From: Vicinamibacteria bacterium
GTDB lineage: Bacteria > Acidobacteriota > Vicinamibacteria > Marinacidobacterales > Marinacidobacteraceae
Assembly (NCBI GenBank): GCA_963555995.3
Contig: OY821641.1
Span: forward strand, 311,399-375,398
Length of the DNA stretch: 64,000 bases
Direction of reading: 5' to 3'
Shown here: in pieces, positions 56,528 to 64,000 of the stretch
How the letters are laid out: every line of letters begins with the position of its first letter
Numbering within the stretch: position 1 is the stretch's first letter
Program-made: the position numbers and the translations under genes
The notes under the pieces: model-generated
Databases searched by the model: none
What the model was told of the DNA's origin: nothing
What the model saw: the letters and a program-made list of their open reading frames with translations, nothing else

Positions 56528-57690
56528 GACCTCCGGAGGTAGGACGCCATCACCGGATCAACCAGCGTCCAGCGGCCGTCGTCATTCCGGTGGATCAGGT
56601 CGTCCTGTTCGAGTACCGCACGGGCGTGATTCCCGGTGGATGCGGGCAGCCTGAGAGTGGACAGGAACCGGTGGGAGCCCGGGTGTTCCACTCCGTCCTC
56701 GGACTGGGCGATGGCCTTGAGCATGGCGCGTTGGCTGGCCGGACGACGGAGCAGGCGGCCGGCGGCGACGCGTCCATCTTCGTCCACGATTCGGGACCAA
56801 TGCGCTTCCACGGATTCGATGCCGGGCGAGCGCTGACCGCCCCAGAGCCGGGCGCAGAGCGCATTCACATAGTAGGGATGCCGTGCCGTGAGCCTGAGGA
56901 CTCGAGCGATCACGTCGTCGGCCACCGGCTGGCCCCAGCGTGTCCGGCTCGCTTCCTGGATGAAGGCCCGGTAGTCAGCCTCCCCGATGCGGTCGAGGGT
57001 GATCTTGCGGCACAGGCGGTACAACGGCCGCTCCTCATCCTCGAACATCCCGGCCAGCAGGCGCCGCTGGCTCCCGGAGAAGAGATAGGTGACATTCCCT
57101 GACCGTTCGACCGCGTGCCGGATGGCGCCTTCGAGGCTGCGCTGCGCGGTCTTGGGGGAAAGCTGCGACAACTGCTGAAACTCGTCGAGCACCAGGACCA
57201 CCCGGCGCCCGACCATCCCGGCGGCCCGGTCGAGGCCGAGCAGCATTTCGGTGATTCCCCGTGTCGGAGGACCCGGCGGCGTGAGGCGGATCTTCAGACC
57301 CATCGCACCGACGGAGAATTCCGGAGAGAGCGCGCGGAACGCGTCGGTGAGCGTTTGACTCGCTTTTCTGCCCTTTGGTGCGATCCGGGCGCTCACGCCT
57401 TCAACTGCCGTTCGCAACCGTCCTTCGAGGTCTTGGCCGTCGTGGGCGACCAGCAGGTCAACGGCGGTGGCGGCGATCTCCGTTCCAGCGAGGTCCTGCA
57501 GCACCTGTTCGATGAGGCTGGTCTTGCCCGTCCGGCGGTGGCCCCAGAGCCAGGTGTGCGTCCCGGAAGCGATGTTGTGGCTGAGTTCGGCGCGCTCCTC
57601 CGTGCGGTTGCAGTGGGCGGCTCCCGTCGCGATTCCGAGCGGGAAGAGGTCCGTTCCGGCTGCCATGTGAGGGATTTTATTCCAATACAT
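56524..57690 (-). CDS. ATPase_2 (archaeal-ATPase/ORC-like) family P-loop NTPase with C-terminal wHTH-like region
   Basis: Walker A 'GHRRTGKTSL', Walker B 'VVLVLDEFQ', C-terminus '[24 protein letters not shown]'. The start may instead be the Met at 57666. Confidence 0.8.
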   Translation of the reverse strand: MYWNKIPHMAAGTDLFPLGIATGAAHCNRTEERAELSHNIASGTHTWLWGHRRTGKTSLIEQVLQDLAGTEIAATAVDLLVAHDGQDLEGRLRTAVEGVSARIAPKGRKASQTLTDAFRALSPEFSVGAMGLKIRLTPPGPPTRGITEMLLGLDRAAGMVGRRVVLVLDEFQQLSQLSPKTAQRSLEGAIRHAVERSGNVTYLFSGSQRRLLAGMFEDEERPLYRLCRKITLDRIGEADYRAFIQEASRTRWGQPVADDVIARVLRLTARHPYYVNALCARLWGGQRSPGIESVEAHWSRIVDEDGRVAAGRLLRRPASQRAMLKAIAQSEDGVEHPGSHRFLSTLRLPASTGNHARAVLEQDDLIHRNDDGRWTLVDPVMASYLRRS

Positions 57691-57807
57691 ATTGGAACAA
57701 GGATCATTGGTTCAACGGATATGGAAGCCGTCCTTCTCGCGACGGTGCGTTGCAGGGCACGGGTTCGCCATCCGTGCCGGTTTGGTGGGGCGCCTCGCGC
57801 CTTCGGC

Positions 57808-57835
57808 GGTGCCGGTCTGGAGACCGGCGGTCCCT
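57808..57835 (+). repeat. REP-like H2 module (forward)
   Basis: 'ggtgccggtctggagaccggcggtccc'. Confidence 0.8.
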
Positions 57836-57855
57836 TCCGATCCGGAACGTCATGC

Positions 57856-59025
57856 TCAGATGACGTTCCGCTCCGGAGCGCCCTTCCCGCCGGTGAACCG
57901 CGCCACGGAGAACGCCTCGATCTCCACCGTCCTGGACTCCCCGTCGGCGATCACCTCGGAGATCGCCCGGCCGACCGCCGGGGCGTGCTGCATTCCGTGG
58001 CCCGAGAACCCGTTCGCCAGCACGAATCGGGGCAGTTCCGGGACCGGACCCAGGATCGCGTTGTGATCCGGGGAAACCTCGTAGAGGCCCGCGTTCAGCG
58101 TCTTCATCACCGTGTCCTCAACTCGCGGTAGCCGTCGGGTCGCGTCCTCCCACACCCCGGCCAGATAGTCGAGATCCGCGGTCTGCGAGAACCCCGGCGG
58201 CTCGTCGGGGTCCGAGTTCCCGATCAGCATCCCGCCGCTGTGGAGGTGCATGTATACCCCCGTACCCCAATCAATGGTCAGCGGCATCCGCTTCGGCCCC
58301 CACGCCAGCGGCTCCGTCGTGAAGAACTGCCTCCGCACGGGCGAGACCGGCACGTCCACCCCGAGCAGCGCGCCCACCTGAGCGGCCCACGGCCCCGCCG
58401 CGTTCACGAGCCACGCGCACTCCCACCGCTCGCCGCCCGCCACGAACGAGAACCCGCCCCCGTCCGCTACCGCCGCCTCCGTCACCTCGCACCCGCGCCG
58501 CAACTCCACACCCCCCCGCCGCGCGAGCGCCGCGTACCCCGCCACCAGCGCCGCCGGGGTCGCCACCCCGTCCTCCGCGCAGAACGTCGCCCCCACCAGG
58601 TCCCGGATCTCGATCCCCGGCAGGATGCGCCGCGCCTCCTCCGGCGTGATGACCTCCACCGGCGCGCCCAGCGCCCGCTGCACCTTCGCCGTCTCGGTGA
58701 ACCGCGCCAGGTCCGCTTCGGAGTCCAGCAGGAACAGGTACCCGTCCTGGGTGAAGTCGGCGTCCACCCCGGTCCGCTCCTTGAAGTTCCGGATCTCCTC
58801 GATGGAATACCGCGAGAGCGCCACGTTCGCAGCGGTCGTGAACTGCAACCGCACCCCGCCGGCGGCCTTGGCGGTCGAACCCGTCCCCAGGGCGTCCTCG
58901 CGCTCGAAGACCACCACCCGGCCTACCTTCCGCTCCGCGAGATGGGCGGCGATGGAGGCGCCGATCACCCCGCCGCCGACGATGGCGACCTCGGCGAAGC
59001 GTTCCCCCGGCATCACGCCCCGCAC
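57856..59025 (-). CDS. FAD-dependent oxidoreductase (DAO family; sarcosine oxidase beta/glycine oxidase-like)
   Basis: Dinucleotide fold 'VAIVGGGVIGASIAAHLA', 'GTGSTAKAAGGVR', C-terminal 'GFSGHGMQHAPAVG'. Confidence 0.85.
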   Translation of the reverse strand: MRGVMPGERFAEVAIVGGGVIGASIAAHLAERKVGRVVVFEREDALGTGSTAKAAGGVRLQFTTAANVALSRYSIEEIRNFKERTGVDADFTQDGYLFLLDSEADLARFTETAKVQRALGAPVEVITPEEARRILPGIEIRDLVGATFCAEDGVATPAALVAGYAALARRGGVELRRGCEVTEAAVADGGGFSFVAGGERWECAWLVNAAGPWAAQVGALLGVDVPVSPVRRQFFTTEPLAWGPKRMPLTIDWGTGVYMHLHSGGMLIGNSDPDEPPGFSQTADLDYLAGVWEDATRRLPRVEDTVMKTLNAGLYEVSPDHNAILGPVPELPRFVLANGFSGHGMQHAPAVGRAISEVIADGESRTVEIEAFSVARFTGGKGAPERNVI

Positions 59026-59097
59026 CCCGAACGGTCTCGGACCGTTCTCTTTTCCGGCATCGGTTTCGGGGCTCGCACCCGATAAAATTACGCCCCC

Positions 59098-60402
<1,305 letters not shown>

Positions 60403-60432
60403 CGGGCTTCGGCCCGGGGACAGACCGTCAAG

Positions 60433-60633
60433 ATGAAGGAAATAGTGGCGGTCATTCTGAATGGGATGTCCCGGATTCCGTTGTCGCCGACGATCTTTGC
60501 GGATGAGGTCAGGAGGTCCGATCGAGACGCCTTCCGAAAGGACCTGGAGAAGCTCGGTCGCGATTTCCGGGTAGCTATGGGGCACGAAGAGGACCGACAG
60601 CCAAAGGGTCGCGTCGTCCGGAACCCTCAGTAA
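60433..60633 (+). CDS. hypothetical small protein (66 aa)
   Basis: ATG-initiated ORF in a visibly lower-GC segment right after gltA. No family recognised. Confidence 0.4.
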   Translation: MKEIVAVILNGMSRIPLSPTIFADEVRRSDRDAFRKDLEKLGRDFRVAMGHEEDRQPKGRVVRNPQ

Positions 60634-60744
60634 GCCACCGAACCCGACCACAGCCGATACGGAGAGCGGCCGGTGCCGGCGGGCGGAAGGCCGGCGGTGG
60701 AGCCACACGGGCGAGCAGCGTTGCGCCCTCCGCTCGCCTCCGGC

Positions 60745-60786
60745 GCGCTGTGCCGACCGGAGGTCGGCGCTCCAAGCCGGCGCGCC
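60745..60786 (+). repeat. REP-like module (forward), H2 variant gccgacc-gga-ggtcggc
   Basis: 'gcgcgctgtgccgaccggaggtcggcgctccaagccggcgcg'. Confidence 0.8.
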
Positions 60787-60868
60787 GTGAAGGAGAACGG
60801 CCCGCTGGAGACGGGGACGTGACTTGCGCGAATCTGTTCGTACCCCACAATCGTTGGCGGTCGGCCCG

Positions 60869-60890
60869 AACACAACGATAACATTGTGTT
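60869..60890. promoter_or_regulatory. dyad 'aacacaa-N8-ttgtgtt' overlapping the start of the HTH gene
   Basis: Read directly. A candidate autoregulatory operator. Confidence 0.35.
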
Positions 60891-61335
60891 AGTGATTACC
60901 AACGAGAGGCAGTACAGGATTACGCGCAAGAGGGCGGTTGGCTTCGCCCGCGTGATCGAGCAGTTCGACACGGGGTCGGACGAGTGCACGGACTTGCATC
61001 CGCGGCTGCTGCGGGCCGAACTGGAAGGCATGAAGAGTCAATTGGCGGAGTTGCGCCAGGAACTTGAGGAGTACGAACAGTTGAAGTCGGCGGATCTGTC
61101 GGTGATTTCGGTGGCGTCGTTCGATGAACTTGCGGGCGGCCTGATCAAGGCCAGGATTGCGGCGGGTCTGAGCCAACGCGGGCTTGCAGAACGGCTGAAT
61201 CTCAAGGAGCAGCAGATTCAGCGGTACGAAGCCGAGGGCTATGCGTCCGCCAGCTTTCGGCGACTGTGTGAGATCGCGCAGGCCTTGGGGATTCGGGTCG
61301 AAAACGAGATGCTCCTTCGCGTTGCGCCGGTGTGA
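60886..61335 (+). CDS. HigA-like XRE-family HTH antitoxin/regulator
   Basis: N-terminus 'ITNERQYRITRKRAVGFARVIEQF' (HigA-type helix), a coiled-coil linker, and the HTH 'GLSQRGLAERLNLKEQQIQRYE'. Confidence 0.75.
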   Translation: MLVITNERQYRITRKRAVGFARVIEQFDTGSDECTDLHPRLLRAELEGMKSQLAELRQELEEYEQLKSADLSVISVASFDELAGGLIKARIAAGLSQRGLAERLNLKEQQIQRYEAEGYASASFRRLCEIAQALGIRVENEMLLRVAPV

Positions 61336-61367
61336 AGGCCCTTACCGGGAGGACTGGCCGGCGCTTC

Positions 61368-61425
61368 CGCGCGCCCGAAGCCGTTGTATCTGGCCTACTG
61401 GGAGCGGCCGGTTCCGGCGGGGTGA
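61368..61425 (+). repeat. 58-bp diverged duplicate of the gltA 3' end (last 18 codons plus stop)
   Basis: 'cgcgcgcccgaagccgttgtatctggcctactgggagcggccggttccggcggggtga' against 60345..60402 'cgcgcggccgaagcagttgtatctggggtacgacgagcggccggtcccggcggggtag'. The frame and the stop position are preserved (ARPKPLYLAYWERPVPAG* versus ARPKQLYLGYDERPVPAG*). Confidence 0.85.
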
Positions 61426-61485
61426 GGCGACCCGCCGCGCGGCGTGGGTTTGACGACGAGGCCACAAAGGGGCTGAATTCGCCGC

Positions 61486-61773
61486 GTGAAGACGGTGGGA
61501 GGACGAACCCTCAGGAAACGGCTCAGCGAATACCTGCGTGCGGCCCAGGATGGCGAGTCCCTCGCGGTGACCCGGCGCGGTGTCGTCGTGGCCCGGTTGG
61601 GTCCTCCCGAAGCCGGTGGCGAGCGTCGGGAGGAAGCACTGCGACCTCAGGCCCGGGCGGGAGACGCCCGCTTGGGGAAGCCCAACCGGCCGGATCTGTA
61701 TTCCCCGCCGCCGGGACTCGTGTCGAGCGAGGAGGTTCGGGCAGCGCTCGATTGGGTCCGAGGCGAAGGTTGA
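61486..61773 (+). CDS. Phd/YefM-like antitoxin, orphan paralogue of 43016..43309
   Basis: 'MKTVGGRTLRKRLSEYLRAAQDGESLAVTRRGVVVARL' against 'MKTVGIRVLKNRLSEYVRIVQNGERVTVTSRGAPVVDL'. No PIN gene follows; a REP module does instead. Confidence 0.7.
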   Translation: MKTVGGRTLRKRLSEYLRAAQDGESLAVTRRGVVVARLGPPEAGGERREEALRPQARAGDARLGKPNRPDLYSPPPGLVSSEEVRAALDWVRGEG

Positions 61774-61792
61774 TCCTCTGAGGAGAGCGCTT

Positions 61793-61840
61793 CGCGGCCC
61801 TGCGGGCCGCGTGCCGGTCTGAAGACCGGCGCTCCCAGCC
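61793..61840 (+). repeat. REP-like module (forward), H1' variant gcggccc-tgc-gggccgc
   Basis: 'cgcggccctgcgggccgcgtgccggtctgaagaccggcgctcccagcc'. Confidence 0.85.
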
Positions 61841-61973
61841 TACGTGCTACCGGTCGGGGCCGGCGTCCCTTCGGCCTTCACGAATCTCCCGAGCCCGGCA
61901 GCACCCCGCGGTGGAAGTCCTGGCACTCCCAGACCGCTACGACGGTCGCTCCAACTCGCGAACGCGCGCCGCC

Positions 61974-62750
61974 TTAGGTGGTCACGCCGTCCAGATCCAC
62001 GATGACGGGTGCGGCTTCGGTTCGGTGGTCTGTGTCCACCCACGCGTCGCGCAAGCAGTCCGCCAGAATCTGGCTGCCGAGAACCAGGTGAAGCCTCGAA
62101 GTGCCTTCCTCGGAGAACTGGAACCCGAAGTTGAAGCCGGCTTTGCCGTCGGGATGGGCTTGGCGGTAGAGGTCCACGAATCCGAGTTCGCAGAGCCGGG
62201 CCAATTCCTGCTGTTCCCGTTGGCTGTACGCGCTTCCCGGCTTGGGACGACGACCGTCCGGCAACACGTTGAAATCTCCACACAACAGGCTCGGCCGCTG
62301 GGCGTAGCCTTCCTTGCGAACGTGGGTCCGCAGGCACTCCAGCCAAGCCACCCGGGTGTTGATGGCCTTCTCGTTGGCGTCCTTGCGGGGGTTTCCGTAC
62401 TTGGCCGGGTTTCCGTACGGGGCGTAGATGGACGAGAACCGTATCTGCCCGATGTCCACCGTGAGCAAGCGGGCCCCGTTTGCTTCCGGACAGGGCAGGC
62501 CGCGGAAGCGGACCACGGGCTTGGGTAACTCCCGCCGGCTTAGCACGGCAACGCCGTAGTCCGTCGGACAGGTCCGACCGAATGCAGCGCTGTGGTAGCC
62601 GGCTTCCTCCAGTGCCTTGGTCGGGAACGCGGTTTCGGGCACGGAGATCTTCTGGAGGGCCACGATGTCGGGCTTCCTGGCCGCGAGCCAGTCCAGGATC
62701 CTGGGAAGGCGCTTTCGGATGCTTCGGACGGATGACGTTGCGATTCGCAT
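61974..62750 (-). CDS. xth: exodeoxyribonuclease III-like (EEP family) nuclease
   Basis: 'KPDIVALQK', 'YGVAVLSR', 'LLCGDFNV', 'SRLHLVL...DHRTEAAPVIVDL', typical EEP catalytic blocks. Confidence 0.8.
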   Translation of the reverse strand: MRIATSSVRSIRKRLPRILDWLAARKPDIVALQKISVPETAFPTKALEEAGYHSAAFGRTCPTDYGVAVLSRRELPKPVVRFRGLPCPEANGARLLTVDIGQIRFSSIYAPYGNPAKYGNPRKDANEKAINTRVAWLECLRTHVRKEGYAQRPSLLCGDFNVLPDGRRPKPGSAYSQREQQELARLCELGFVDLYRQAHPDGKAGFNFGFQFSEEGTSRLHLVLGSQILADCLRDAWVDTDHRTEAAPVIVDLDGVTT

Positions 62751-62830
62751 GGTTTCTTTTCGTCGGGACGCGAACCGTACTTGTGCAGGACGCCAAATGC
62801 TGTCAGGGTTTCAGCCGGACCCTGTCGGAG

Positions 62831-63215
62831 GTTGGCGTTCCAAGCCGTACCTCCCACCTGCGCTCTTGAACTCCACGTTGAGGTGGGAGCCGCCTTGTTC
62901 TGGTGGAGTTGCGACGTGCGCGGCGCGGAGCGCCGCGCGTGCCGGTCTGGAGACCGGCGTTCCAAGCCGTATGTGTCACCTGCGCTCTTGAGCTCCACGT
63001 TGAGGTAGGAGCTGGCTTGTTCGGGTGGGGTTGTGACGTGCGCGGTGCGGAGCGCCGCGCGTGCCGGTCTGGAGACCGGCGTTCCAAGCCGTACGGGCCA
63101 CCGGCGCTCTTGGGTTCCGCGTCGGGGTGGGAGCTGGCTTGTTCGGGTGGGGTTGTGCCGTGCGCGGCGCGGAGCGCCGCGCGTGCCGGTCGGAGACCGG
63201 CGGTCCAAGCCGTTT
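62831..63215 (+). repeat. tandem array, three copies of a 121-122-bp three-hairpin REP unit (BIME-like)
   Basis: The 'cgttccaagccgt' phase marker recurs at 62836, 62958 and 63080 (and as 'cggtccaagccgt' at 63201). Each unit is H0 (e.g. ctcccacct-N21-aggtgggag, 62851..62889), then 'ggtggagttgcgacgt', then H1, then H2. Confidence 0.9.
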
Positions 63216-63246
63216 CCGTGGTCTGGCTGGGTGGAGCGGGCGTCGC

Positions 63247-63293
63247 TGCGGGCCTGCGGCCCGCGTGCCGGTCTGAAGACCGGCGCTCCCGGC
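63247..63293 (+). repeat. REP-like module (forward), H1' gcgggcc-tgc-ggcccgc
   Basis: 'tgcgggcctgcggcccgcgtgccggtctgaagaccggcgctcccggc'. Confidence 0.85.
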
Positions 63294-63295
63294 CC

Positions 63296-64000
63296 TTAGG
63301 CGGCGACGGCGGTTTCGGTGTGGATGGTGGCGAGCAGGTCGCTGATGATGGTGAGGCTTTCGGTGACGACGGCGGGTTCGGCGCCGAAGCCGATGCGGAG
63401 GAAGCCGTCGAGCTCGAAGTGCTGGGCGGGGACCACCAGGAGGCTGCGCTCGATGCGGAGGCGTTCGATGAGGTCCTCGGAGCGGATGGGGTGGTGGTAG
63501 CGGACGGCGGCGATGGCGCCCGCGACCGGTGGGGTCCAGCTCAGGCGGACGGGGTGGTTCTCATGGGAGGCCACCCAGTCGGTCACCATCGGGAGCTGGC
63601 GGCGGATGATGCTGCGGGTGCGCTCCAGGATCTGCGGACGCTTGTCGAGGGCGATCTGGGCGAGGCGGTCGGACATCGCGCTGAGCGCGAGGCTGCTGTA
63701 GTCGCGGTGGCCCCAGAGTTCGGTGGCCTTCTCCTCGGTGGTCACCGTCCAGCCGACCCGGAGGCCGGGGAGGCCGAACGCCTTGGAGAGGCCGGCGTTC
63801 AGGAGGATGCGGTCCGTGCGGCCCCAGAAGGTCGGGCACTCCTCGCCGCTGAGTTCCGCGCCGCGATAGACCTCGTCGGCGAGGAGCCAGGCCCCCGACC
63901 GCTCGGCGGCGGCCACGATCCGGTCCATCTCGGGCTCGGTCAGCACGGCGCCGCTCGGGTTGTTGGGATTGCAGACGAGGATCATCTTGGTCCGGTCGCT
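63296..64000 (-). CDS. class I/II PLP-dependent aminotransferase (partial; N-terminus beyond the window end)
   Basis: 'ILVCNPNNPSGAVL', 'LLADEVY', 'LNAGLSKAFGLPGLRVGW' (PLP-Lys block), 'FLRIGFG'. Confidence 0.85.
   Translation of the reverse strand, partial: SDRTKMILVCNPNNPSGAVLTEPEMDRIVAAAERSGAWLLADEVYRGAELSGEECPTFWGRTDRILLNAGLSKAFGLPGLRVGWTVTTEEKATELWGHRDYSSLALSAMSDRLAQIALDKRPQILERTRSIIRRQLPMVTDWVASHENHPVRLSWTPPVAGAIAAVRYHHPIRSEDLIERLRIERSLLVVPAQHFELDGFLRIGFGAEPAVVTESLTIISDLLATIHTETAVAA

Noticed and set aside
62831-63293. A possible CRISPR array: a regularly spaced conserved 'gcgcgtgccggtctggagaccggcgttccaagcc' motif.
   Set aside because: The period is about 122 nt, and the sequences between the conserved cores are homologous to each other, so they are not unique spacers. 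The same unit is dispersed as single copies, and no cas genes are present. It is a tandem REP/BIME-like array.

Overview
High-GC (by eye about 67-70% GC) bacterial chromosomal window. All calls come from reading the ORF translations and the DNA, with no database search. The gene content fits a Gemmatimonadota/Acidobacteriota-like organism, but that taxonomy is a guess. About 60 CDS are supported.

Most of the window is housekeeping:
- A dispersed System I cytochrome c maturation set: ccmCD at 3 kb, ccmAB at 34-35 kb, ccmEFH at 37.7-40.7 kb. CcmE is the CxxxY type.
- ctaA/ctaB and a TRAP transporter (dctPQM).
- A peptidase cluster of one M28 gene and two M16 genes.
- Two serine hydrolases, two SDRs, gltA and xth.

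The accessory content falls into three groups:
1. A roughly 15 kb toxin/defence region at 43.0-57.7 kb. It holds VapBC, a class II Fic protein and a Type I R-M system. Between hsdM and hsdS sits a translationally coupled cassette: AlbA_2/HATPase_c_4, two HEPN genes, and an MNT nucleotidyltransferase domain fused in-frame to HsdS. An IS1182-like element lies 34 nt upstream of hsdR. Downstream of hsdR are a 110-aa ORF and an ATPase_2-type NTPase. The R-M part is bracketed by diverged direct repeats.
2. A very dense family (about 27 modules) of structured REP/REPIN/BIME-like repeats. Their hairpins show compensatory base changes. The family includes 158-169 bp inverted-pair elements and a 122-bp tandem array.
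3. Small islets and relics. These are a 1,023-bp insertion flanked by duplicated gltA 3' ends, orphan antitoxins, a HigBA-like pair, and DUF4143 ATPase paralogues with one truncated remnant.

No rRNA, tRNA or CRISPR array was found.
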